Shown here one piece after another: positions 11,460 through 22,722 of a stretch of 64,000 nucleotides of DNA. The DNA comes from Eledone cirrhosa (lineage: Eukaryota). The position numbers were made by a program, and so were the translations under genes. Within the stretch, counting starts at the first letter, position 1. Each line of letters begins with the position of its first letter. The notes beneath the pieces are model-generated. The model saw only the letters and a list, made by a program, of their open reading frames with translations, was not told the origin of the DNA and searched no databases. The stretch lies in assembly GCA_964016885.1 (NCBI GenBank), contig OZ024754.1:24490001-24554000 (forward strand), read 5' to 3'.

Positions 11460-13403
11460 ATGGCTGAGCCACGCCCCCCAGCGATATGTCGGCTGTCGTG
11501 CGACAACGACGTAAAAGTTGAGAGGAGCGCTACAGCGAAATTAACACACATTGATAACACAAACACCACCACAAACAAGGTAAACAAAGACACCAATGAT
11601 ACCAATAAGAACACTAATTTTGAAAAAAATGACAGTAACAGCGACAACGAAAATACAGATAACAAAAAAAAAATAACAAATACAACAACAATAGCAACAC
11701 CACTAACATGAAAACAAATAGCGACAACACCAACAGCAACAATACCAACTGCACCGATAACAACGGTGGCAACAAAGACAACAATGATAACAGCGACAGT
11801 GCTAACAACAACACCAACAAGAACAACGACGACAAAACCTCCAACGAAAACATGAAGAACACTTTCGCTGTGGCAGCAGCAAAAAAGAGGCCATGCTTCA
11901 ACATGGACCTCTCAAACAAAGATGAAAAGTTGGCCCAGGCATGGAAGCTCATCAAGCAAGAGCAAGCTTGGGCCAACTTAACTGTCCCGGTAGAAGCTAT
12001 TGAGGCAGTGGAGCGCAAAACGGTGCATTATAGATGCATCTCAGCACAAACCAAAAGGGCAGCTTTAATCCCACAAGAAGATGTCGAAGTCGCGCTGAGG
12101 TGCATCAGAGAAGACACGCAGTACATAGAGAGGGGCAGAGAGTACGGCACCATTTCGGTGTTGTTCAAGTCAGAAGCCCTTGCTATGAAACACGCTATGA
12201 CTCCTTGCAAAACCAGCAAGGTCATAATGTACCCCTCCTACATGGGAAAAAGAACGGCCCGTCTCCGCATTCCCAGAATCTCACCATGACTTGATATGTG
12301 GTGGCTTCTGGGATGTGTGATTGTGGAGGGGACGGATACAGTCCCTATAGAAGTGACCAGAACGGCCAGAGAGGACTGGTCCGGGGTTGACCTGGGGATC
12401 CTTCTCCAGATCAGGCCCGAGAATGTGAAGACAATCCCGGACCACATCCGCCTTCAGAATGGGACGGTCATTCACATTATGACCGAAGGCAAAAGGCCGC
12501 AGTGTTTTGTTTGTGGGGGAAAAACCCATTTACGAGCCTTCTGCCCTCAACTGCTGAAAGAGACAAGGGGTCGAAAGGCTCCACTGCTGCCGACGCCGGG
12601 ACGAGGACCACAACCAACACCAGCACCAACAAAACCACCAACAACAACACCAATAGAAAGACCACCACCAACATTGACCACCCAGGGGGGAAACGAGGAA
12701 AGCTGTCAAATTCCCCCTCCCTCCAAAAATACACACACCAATAAAACCATAAACATACATACAGACACACTTACAGACACAGACCCCTCATCTACCAGTA
12801 GTGAAAATGAGGGAAATCCAAAATACCCCAAAATACAAAAAAGGAAACACAAAAAGAAAGAAAAAAACTCAACAAAGCACAAAAGCACCCACAATAAAAA
12901 ACGCAGACACCACCCACGCAAACATCTCTCCAATAACACCAACATCCACACCACCATCACCATCACCAGAATCCCCCAAACGCAAACAACCGAAACAGAC
13001 GCAAGAACAAATATACACACAAACATCTGAAACCACAGACACCGCACTCACAACAAACACAGATACAACCGAAACAACACCACCAAAACCATCACCACCA
13101 CAGCCACGCAAACAAATAAAATCACACCAACAAAACATACAAAACTTCGTGCTCGTCAGGAGGGCCAACAAGTGAAAATATACAAAAAGAGGGGGACATT
13201 TTTAAATCGAGCACATTTCGCGTGCCGGAAGATTTAGTTCTGGTGCGAATGTCGCTCGACATATTCAAAGAAATACGAGACAGCTTTCCTCGGGACGTGG
13301 GAACCCCGAACGTAAAACCCACTTCAAGGGGTTCCCAAAAGAAACCCCACTAACTATGGAGGTCGAACAACCCGACCTTTACAAGAGCCCGGAAGGTAAG
13401 TAA
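11460..13403 (+). pseudogene. LINE ORF1 (gag-like nucleic-acid-binding protein), disrupted
   Basis: Probable start MAEPRPP at 11460, then an N/D/T-rich region and a frameshift near the A-run at ~11665. In-frame TGA at 12287-12289. CX2CX4HX4C knuckle CFVCGGKTHLRAFC at ~12503-12544, then a P/T-rich tail with further frameshifts. Probable end ...SPEGK* at 13403 (inferred). Confidence 0.8.
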
Positions 13404-13434
13404 ACCTTCCTCTCTCTCTGTTTAACCTGCCAAC

Positions 13435-16400
13435 ATGGCCGTATTAAGAGTAGGATGTTTAAATGTTCGAGGCCTGGGATCGTCCTGGAAGCAGGGTCAC
13501 CTGCTCAACGACCTCAGGTCTATAGAAATGGATGTAATTACAGTCAGCGAGACCAGGATTTCCGACACGCGCACTAGCCCCCATTTTCGACGACTATCAG
13601 ATCTTTGCATCTGTTAGCCGGCCAGGAATGGGAGGCGGGGTGGCAGTGCTGTTTAGGACAGGCCTGGATCTCGAGGTAAGGTCGATCTTCCGGGACCCGG
13701 ACGGGAAGTTGGTGGTCCTGTACGTGAACAATAATGAAGGTGGTACCTTTAGACTGGTGGCCGTCTACGCCCCTACTGGGGAAGGACGGCCGGACTTCTT
13801 TAGACGCCTGGAAGCCTTTCTGGGTACGTCTCGCCCTTTACGGGGGACTGGAACGGCATCTTAGACGCACGCTGGGACTGTGTGGGAGTATCCGATAGGA
13901 GCGGGGGGTGCAAAAGCTTCAAGAACCTGATCAGCCAGTTCCAACTCTCTGACAGGTACCGACTAGATTTCCCTAATGCGCCAGTGTGGACCTGTGCTAA
14001 CCGCATAGGGTCATCTAGGTCGTATATAGACAGGATATTCATTAGAAAAATAGACAGAAATAGTGTAAGCTGTCCACGTTTTGAAACCGTCGCCTATTCA
14101 GATCACAAGTTTGTGATCTGTATGGTCGACCTAGATAAGACGCGTATGTTCGGACCTGGCTACTGGAAGCTAAACATGTCATTTCCGGCACGTAAGGCTT
14201 ACAGGGACCAGGTCAACAATTTAGTTAAGAAAAATTTGACAGGGGAAATCGTCAACAATAGATGGTGGGGTGGGGGGCTCTCAAAAGAGAGATTAGAGTA
14301 ATGTCGATAGAGTTTAGCAAAGAAGTAGCATTAGAGAAAAATAGAAAGGAGGGGGAGTTGGTAGATAAGTTAGACGAGGCTATTGGTAGTGGCAGTGCAA
14401 CTGATGTGCTAGCGGCGAGAATGGCATTAGACCATTTCTTCAATGCGAAACACGAAGGTTGCATTGTCAGAGCTAAGGCGCGTGCTCTGAGAAACGAGGG
14501 AACCAAAGCTGTTCGATGGGCCCGCGTGGCAGAGGCGCAGCGTGGTAATAAAACCACGATTCGGTCTTTGACGGACCGAGACGGGCACGAGCTGAGCGAT
14601 TCCGAGAGGATGTGTGAGGCCTTTCGCCAACATTTTGCTCGGTTGTTCGGGGGAAGTGGCGGGTCAGAGATGGTGGCGGACTTCAGTCCCTACCTCGATG
14701 GCTTGCCGCAACTCTCGACGGCTGACGCTGGGCGCTGCGAAAGGCCAATTACTTCAGCCGAGATTCAGGATGCCCTTGTCGGCTGCATGAAGCGCAAGTC
14801 ACCCGGTTTGGATGGTCTGCCCTACGAGCTTTACGTAAATATGCCAGACTTGTTCTCCAATCTCCTCGAAGCCCTCTACTGCAACTGGCAGCAAAACGGG
14901 AGTATTCCCAGTTCTGTGAGCCGGGGCGTAGTGACGCTGATAAGGAAAGACGAGAACAAGAGGGACACATTAGACAATTTCAGGCCCATAACTCTGCTCA
15001 ACACAGAGTTTAAGATTTTGGCCAGGGTGTTAGCGAAGAGGTTGGCGCTTGTCGTCGGGGATTTGGTTGGGGAGGCGCAAACTTGCGCAATCCCAACCAG
15101 GTCCATACACGACAACCTCCCCCTAATGCGATACATCATAGAGAGGGTAGGATGTAAACCTGGCTTCGGTGGGGCTCTGATCAATTTAGATCAATCGAAA
15201 GCATTCGATAGGGTCGATCATCGATACCTGGAGGCTGTCCTCAAGGCGGCTGGCTTCGGCCCCGTCTTCAGAAGCTGGATCGCTGCAATGCACAGCGGCA
15301 CCTGCTCGATGGTCAAAATTAATGGCCACCTCTCGGAACCGTTTCAGGTCTCCCGATTGGTCCGTCAAGGGTTCCCTCTCACCTCCCTTCTGTACGTATT
15401 GACTCTCGAGCCTTTACTGCAGAAGCTGGAGCTGTTGCAGGGCATCCCGCCCGAACCGGGACGCGGAAAGGCTGTGTCGGCTTATGCGGACGACATCACC
15501 GTGATGGTGTCGGACACCTCAGAAATCGAGGTGGTCGGCAACTTATTGGAGGAATATGAAAGGTTGACGGGAGCAAAACTTAACCCGGAAAAGTCAGTGG
15601 GCTTGCAACTCGGCACCTGGAGAGGCAAGTCCATGCCGTCCAACAGCGTCGTTAGGCGCTGGACGGACGGACCGGTAAAGTTGCTAGGGGTTTGGTTCGG
15701 GCCAGACCTCCAGGTGGATAGGAATTGGGACGAGGTGACGGGCAGGGTAGTCAGTCTCACCCAGAAATGTGCTGGGATGAAGCCGCGCCATCTTGGAGCG
15801 GCTCCTCTTCAAATTCTTGTGGAGGGGTCAGGTTCCGCTGGTGAGGCGGTCCATCTGCTGCCAGCACCCTCTACGTGGAGGGCTGGGCATGCCGTGGCTA
15901 ATGATACGCAGGCACGCGCTGAGGCTGCGGCATCTCCAGATATTCTGCCTAAACGGTGAACAGGTGTGGTCGCCGTTTGTCAGACGGGCCTTTCCGCAGC
16001 TCGTTTCTTTGACTGAATTGCAGTCCTGGATCAAGAAGAGACCGAGACTGGGTGACTGGCATCTGGAATGTTGCCAGGCACTCACTGCCCTCTACCAGGC
16101 GGGCAATGCGGTCAGTGGAACTTCCACTCTCGAGTTCTATTGAGGATTAGTGGTGGGCAAGTGCGACGACGCACTCGGAGAGGCTCTGGGAGTCAACGAA
16201 GTCGAACTAACCAGTCTGTACCGGAGGACTTTCGAGCCGGGGACGATGGATAATTTCCAAAAATCCCTCGCTTGGCAGTGCTACTGGAGGGCACTTCCGG
16301 TTCGAGATAAACTCTTCAGGCAGGGAAGTACTGTCAGACGGACCTGCCCGAGATGCGCGCAGAGCGACGAAACCGTTCTGCACGACTCGTCCAGTGTCCG

Positions 16401-16763
16401 TGCATTACTGACTTGTGGAGTTATGTTGAACAGCTGTTGTCGCGTGTAGAACGGATCCGGCTATCGGCCGAGTCCATAGTGAAGATCGACCCGCCGTCTT
16501 CTTTTGGCCAGGAAGGGCAGGCAATTTTCCTCTGTCTGGTGGCAGTAGCGAAAGAGTTTGTATGGTGGACGAGGTTGAAAGGACTGAAGACAGACACTTT
16601 TCTCTTCGGCCAATCCCTCATCAACTTTTTCAAGTTTCACTTGGAAAGGAAGGTGGGGGTGGAGAGAGAAGTGCTGCCCCCCAGTACATTTTCTGAAAGG
16701 TGGGTGAATGTGGCGAGAATTGCCCGTGTGAGTGGGCCTACTCTCGAAGCGTCGGGTCGTTAA
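13435..16763 (+). pseudogene. LINE ORF2: AP endonuclease, reverse transcriptase and C-terminal zinc finger, disrupted
   Basis: APE motifs LNVRGL, SETR, GGVAVL, VYAP, GDWN, SYIDR, SDH, then GYWKLN. RT motifs KSPGLDG, FRPITLLN, DQSKAFDRV, RQGFPL, YADD. Zn finger CPRC...ETVLH...QC. At least five frameshifts, a TGA at 16141-16143, and an apparent internal deletion near 15780. Confidence 0.95.
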
Positions 16764-16954
16764 GGACTGGTGGGGTACCTGAGCGAACCCTAGGTAGTCA
16801 TCCCCCCTATTGGGGAATTTTTTCTTGTAATTTTCTTGTTACTTTATTGTTACTTTGTTACTGTTACTTTGTTATTGTTATTCATATTGTTTACTCGATT
16901 TTTCTGTAAAACCCCACTGTCCCAGTCTTTTGTATTGTCCCCTACAAAATCAAC

Positions 16955-17719
16955 TAGCCAATCTCTTCGGGAGAACTTTCGGGCCGGGGCCCACGGACAA
17001 CTTCATGAAATCCCTGGCCTAACAGTGCTACCGAGGAGCTTTGCCAGTTCGGGATAAACTCTACAGACATGGAAGTGCCGTCAGACGGGCCTGTCCAAGA
17101 TGTGCGCAGGGCGACGAAGCCGTCCTGCACACACTCATCCAGTGTCCGAGCATTGCCGACTTGTGGGTTTATGTCGAACACCTGCTGTCGCGTGTAGGCC
17201 GGATCCGGCTATCAGCTGAATCCAACGTGAGGATTGCCCCGCCCTCTCCATTTAGCCGGGAAGGGCAGACAGTTTTTATCTGTCTGGTGGCCATGGCGAA
17301 AGAGGCAGTGTGGTGGACGCGTTTGAAAGGGCTGAAGACGAGCACTTACCTCTTCGGTGATGCTCTGATTAACTTTTTCAAATTTCATTTGAAAAGGAAT
17401 ATCACGGTAGAGAGGGAAGTGCTCTCTTCCCAGCATTTTGTTGAAAGATGGGTGAGAGAGGCAAGATGGCCCGAGTGAATGGGCCTTCTCTAAGTATGCG
17501 CCTGTAAATTGAAGGTGGAAAACTGGGAGAGGGCACTTGCTTTCTCCACGAATGTCTCTCGGAAGTCTCCCCCCTATGGGGAATTTTTCATTGTTTCATT
17601 TTTGTTACATCCTCTGTTTTTGTTTTGTTTTTTTTTACACGCAGAAATGCCCATTTGTACCATCCTGTATTGTCCTTAATGTTTTACTTTGTGTAAACCC
17701 TTGTGGTTAATAAAGAAAG

Positions 17720-17720
<1 letters not shown>
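16955..17720 (+). mobile_element. Second, 5'-truncated 3' end from a related L1/Tx1 subfamily
   Basis: ORF 17041-17478 (PVRDKLYRHGSAVRRACPRCAQGDEAVLHTLIQCP...AKEAVWWTRLKGLKT...INFFKFHL) is a diverged paralog of ORF2 16297-16763. It has its own 3' UTR, AATAAA at ~17709, then (ATT)n. Confidence 0.92.
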
Positions 17721-17777
<57 letters not shown>

Positions 17778-17817
17778 GTTGGTGTTGTTGTTGCTGTTGT
17801 TGATGTTATTGTTGTTG
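17721..17817 (+). repeat. (ATT)n/(GTT)n microsatellite, either LINE tail or target
   Basis: Directly visible immediately after AATAAAGAAAGC. Confidence 0.95.
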
Positions 17818-18652
17818 AGCCTCGTGAGACATGGTATACATCGGCGGAGTAAGTTCGTTGTTTGTTTACGAGTTTTAAAAACATTTTTGTCTGAATATTA
17901 TATATTATTTTGTGGCTAAACCAACAATCGTCTTAAGGAGTTGGTTGGTTTCCCCTTATCTGGAGCCCCTAAGGGCTAAATTTCTGTTTCTTTTCAGTGG
18001 TTGATGATACAGAATGATGAGTTCTATAACATCAACCACTGACACCAATGAATTGAAATAATGAATGTTTATATAGAGATTTATATTTTAAATGTAAATA
18101 TTTTTGTAAATAAACTAATCGTACCTAACAATTAGTACCTAGCAACTTTAGCTCAGTGGGATTGTGGTGCCAACGTCCATCCCAAAACTGAAACGCAACA
18201 GGCATAGTCATCCACCTACAAGATATTCCACGACAATCTATGTATGTGTGTGTGTGTGGGGGGGGGGTCTGCGTGTGTGTCTGTGTGGTATATGTGTTAT
18301 CTGCCTCTGTTTTATCATAAGTATTACTGAGAGACGAAGTGGCTTCATTCAACTAGCACTCAGTACACTAGAAGAAGATGATTTCTTCCAATGATGTTCC
18401 AAATGGCGCAGTGGGTTACAGTACCAATAAAATTAGGTGCGGTGCCACTCCCGTCCCAATATGAAGATAATATTAAGTAGCAGCAAATATTAAAATCACA
18501 ATGTAGATTTTAGGCAAGTATACTAATAACTAACTACGTGTTCATCTATCTCTAACAAATTCCCCACTGATAAAACAACAAAAACATTTCCTTAAATCAG
18601 ATGAAGTATTCTTCTATATCAGTCAGTGGTAAAATGCAAACTAGTAAATTAC

Positions 18653-18851
<199 letters not shown>

Positions 18852-19024
18852 CACATAATTTGGGAAAGTCCGGGTAAACCTCCTACACTCTGATATGTCT
18901 CCGTAAACAATAACTCTCTACTTGAATGGACCATGGTGCCCAAATCCTGGTTTGAAAGACTTCGCCATGTGGTGCTATTAAGTTAGATCTGGCCTGGGCT
19001 AATACGGGACGAAACCTATCAAAG

Positions 19025-19123
<99 letters not shown>

Positions 19124-19468
19124 TATATATTAATATAAATATGTATATATATATAATATATATATAATATAAAACTGATGAATTATCGGAGCCCACTTGA
19201 ATATATATCTATTGATGGTATACAAGCTCCTACATAAATTGGTATAATTTAACCGAAATTGTAGGAATCCTATAATGAAACGAGACGTCCGTCTGGGAAG
19301 AGATATATTCGATATGTCTCATATGAAATAATACAGCCAATTTTCCACGCAATACTTTTAGTTAGCACCCCGAACGCATAATTAGGAATATAATCACTTA
19401 TTTCCTAATGTTTGTTGAGTGAGTTGGAATTTGGCCGGAGTATCGCTAAAAAGCTTTCTCTGATATTG

Positions 19469-19542
<74 letters not shown>

Positions 19543-19546
<4 letters not shown>

Positions 19547-19707
19547 CAAATGTCTGTCAGATACCCCTAAGTAACCATCTAGCAACATGTGGTCAGAAAA
19601 TATTTATATTTATATTCTACAAATTACACAACCCAAATGAAATCAAGAGAAAAATTAAAGAAAAGAATTTTATTGATAAATTCCAACCCAAGCTAAATGA
19701 ACAATAA
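19543..19707 (+). pseudogene. C-terminal end of a PLE GIY-YIG endonuclease (absent from the ORF track)
   Basis: DPNVCQIPLSNHLATCGQKIFIFIFYKLHNPNEIKRKIKEKNFIDKFQPKLNEQ*. The R..KE..FI....P.LN pattern is the GIY-YIG C-terminal motif. Starts immediately after (TA)n(GA)n. Confidence 0.75.
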
Positions 19708-20113
19708 TAATGCTTAGGGGTATTACTTCTACTATGACTACGCCTACGACCATGTCGACTACCACCACTAACAACAACAACAACAACAATAATAATAATA
19801 AAAGTGATGTTGATGGTGATGATTACTGAACATTTTTTATAAAAACCCTAGAAAATGCTATTTTCATCATTTCTAAAAATAGCAAAACAATTGATGCTTA
19901 GGATAGGGTCAAATAGAAGTCGTTAGACATGCTCAACCAAACGTGACGCCTAAACCAATCAGCTTTAGTAATCTAGTGAAACTACACACCGATTGGTCGA
20001 AATACAGTTTGCAAAACTTAGCATTCTGTAGCCCCTTTTTACTGTATATAAGGCACAGAATTTACCCATCTCATTACAGTTGAAAATTGCAAACTTGACT
20101 CTCACCATAGAAT

Positions 20114-20155
20114 ATTAACCTGAAGATTGCGAAAGCATGAAAGTACTTGTTCAAT
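20114..20155 (+). ncRNA. Minimal type I hammerhead ribozyme motif
   Basis: ATTAAC CTGAAGA(20120-20126) tTGC-GAAA-GCAt GAAA GTAC TT GTTcAAT. Stem II is capped by a GNRA loop, stem III is the palindrome AGTACT, and stem I is short (AAC/GTT). Confidence 0.7.
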
Positions 20156-20343
20156 TAACACTTACCATTTACTATTCTACCATACTATTTCATTATAATA
20201 TCATTATAATTTTAAAGGATTGTAAATAAAATGAGTAAATAAGGCAAAGTTGAAATTCCTCTTATTAATATAATCTTCTATACACAATCATACACACCCG
20301 TGTATATTTATTTATATATATATATGTAGATATAGATATATAG

Positions 20344-20376
<33 letters not shown>

Positions 20377-20386
20377 CATATGACAG

Positions 20387-20466
<80 letters not shown>

Positions 20467-20562
20467 GTCAGTAAATATATATATAACTGGATATAGAAAT
20501 TAGCTGATATCTCATCAGTAGAGTAGATTGACTGGCCGAAACATTGTAGCCACTTCTGGATA

Positions 20563-20607
<45 letters not shown>

Positions 20608-20995
20608 ACGTATAAATATATCTGTTTCTCTTACTCACTCACTCTCTCTATCCCTCTTTCTCTCTATCTCTTTCTCTATCACATTTTCTCTCTCTCTGTC
20701 TGTCTGTCTGTCTCTCTCTCTGTCTCTCTCTCTATATATAGTAAAAATAATAAATTTGAAGACTAAAATCCAACTTTAATCTGTTATTTTAATATATATA
20801 TGTATATATATTAGTAAAAGGAAAAGAAAATCCTGACAAATTGTTCCCAGTGAAAAATAGTTTAATTAGGAATAAGTAAAAACAAGTAATGGTATTGGTT
20901 AGTATTCAGTTTTGGTTTTAAGTTTTACCTGTTGCGCATTTCTAATGCTTTTCAAAAATAATTTTGAGATAGAGCGCCCGTGATGTTTGCTCTAA

Positions 20996-21040
<45 letters not shown>

Positions 21041-21106
21041 GTTATACCGGATTGAATCGGAGGTAACCACAGTAAGTAAGGTACTCACTACATAGCAGAG
21101 TATAAA

Positions 21107-21229
21107 AGTTTTAATATAGATGAGATTCTACAGGACTAGAACTGCTTCATTCTTTAGAAATCATCAGGAATCCTGATGATTTCTAAAGAATGAAACAGTT
21201 CTAGTCCTGTAGAATCTCATCTATATTAA

Positions 21230-21233
<4 letters not shown>
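21107..21233. repeat. 127-bp fold-back palindrome of a hammerhead-like pLTR segment
   Basis: Two 63-bp arms around position 21170 with one mismatch (21145). The right arm starts TCCTGATGATTTCTAAAGAATGAAACAGTTCTAGTC and ends at (TA)n. Confidence 0.93.
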
Positions 21234-21310
<77 letters not shown>

Positions 21311-21609
21311 CATTCAGAGAGAGAGGGGGAGGAGGGAGAGATCTTATATACATTAGGAGAATATTAAGTGGCAATTTATTTCTGTTAGTAAGTGTTGAAC
21401 GAGAGCAACAGTCCATGGTCAAACATTCTGCAATTTTTTTCAATTTTTTTTCTTCTATGGCATTCAGAATCATTGTAGATTTTTAAAAAATTATATTTTA
21501 TATATTTCATTTTTATTGGCATATTTATATTATCAATTTTCTCATTTTCTTCCACTTATGTTTACCAGTTGTTCTTAGTACGTGGCAGCTTACATATTTT
21601 TCTTTGTGT

Positions 21610-21662
21610 GTGCGTATATATACATAGATATTAAGATATGTGTATATATACATATATATGTT

Positions 21663-21697
<35 letters not shown>

Positions 21698-21917
21698 GCA
21701 ATATATATATACATATATATGTATATATAGATATATATGTGTGTATATATACATATATATATATGTGTATATATATACATATATATGTGTGTTTATATAT
21801 GTATATATATATGTATATATAAACATATATATATATGTATATGTGTATATATATATATGTGTATATATATATACATATGTATCTATATGTTTATATATAT
21901 ATATATACATATATATA

Positions 21918-21948
<31 letters not shown>

Positions 21949-22019
21949 GTGTATATATATATACATATACATGTATATGTTTATATATATATATATACAT
22001 ATATATATGTGTGTGTATA

Positions 22020-22069
<50 letters not shown>

Positions 22070-22112
22070 AATATATACATATACATATATATGTATAAAC
22101 ATATATATACAT

Positions 22113-22194
<82 letters not shown>

Positions 22195-22263
22195 GTGTGT
22201 GTGTGTATATATATATATATGTGTGTGTGTATATATATATATGTGTGTGTGTATATATATATA

Positions 22264-22310
<47 letters not shown>
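21610..22310. repeat. Compound degenerate (TA)n/(TG)n microsatellite field
   Basis: Directly visible. Similar fields occur at ~2170-2460, 4520-5100, 5985-6185 and 6345-6480. Confidence 0.95.
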
Positions 22311-22722
22311 TTTTCGTTGTATTTTTCGTTGGATATTTTCAAAACATGACTATATGTCCTGTTAATGAAATTTCTATGAAATATTTGTGGAGATCTTCCA
22401 ATAAATCGTAGACAGCATTCTCATTAACAGGATACGTAGCCATGTTTTCAACAGAACGTTTAAAGAAAGGAAAAGAAAAACAGGCTCTGTACATGTGTAT
22501 ACATGCGGCACGGTATGTACCGTATATGTGCGTTTGCTGTGTGTTTATTGTGTGAGTGTTTGTGCATGTATGTGTGTGTTTCATTGTGTGTGTGTGTGTG
22601 TGTTTGTGCTTCGCAAGCATTTGGTCCGATATTCGATCTAAGTGTGTAGAATCTTGAAAAAATGTCATTTATCATAGCCATAGGCTGGCCCATGCATTCT
22701 CGAAGGCATTGGCAAGAAAATA

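Larger units (their letters stand above)
11254..16950 (+). mobile_element. Near full-length, decayed L1/Tx1-clade non-LTR retrotransposon
   Basis: Begins just after (TTA)n at 11234-11253 (5' boundary inferred). Contains a hairpin-rich 5' UTR, ORF1 with a zinc knuckle, ORF2 with APE, RT and C-terminal Zn finger, and a T-rich 3' UTR. Confidence 0.9.
19543..20280 (+). mobile_element. 5'-truncated Penelope-like element (endonuclease tail plus 3' pLTR)
   Basis: GIY-YIG tail, then CCAAT (~19956), ATTGG (~19992), TATATAA (~20045), a hammerhead at 20114-20155 and AATAAA at ~20225. Bounded by microsatellites; right end approximate. Confidence 0.7.

Noticed and set aside
12287-12289. In-frame TGA in ORF1 (and 16141-16143 in ORF2) as programmed readthrough or selenocysteine
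   Set aside because: The element has many frameshifts; CGA/TGG to TGA decay is the simpler explanation.
11426-17436. Minus-strand ORFs overlapping the LINE
   Set aside because: Antisense shadows of ORF1/ORF2 with no independent motifs.
18598-18650. Hammerhead-like CAGATGA...CAAACTAGTA
   Set aside because: Both core boxes are mutated; at best a dead remnant.
20503-20552. CTGATAT...GGCCGAAACATTGTA hammerhead-like remnant
   Set aside because: The CTGANGA box is broken and the stems are unclear.
20921-20958. Minus-strand TTGAAAA-GCATT/AATGC-GCAA-CAGG-TA hammerhead-like geometry
   Set aside because: Three core substitutions; could be chance in AT-rich DNA.
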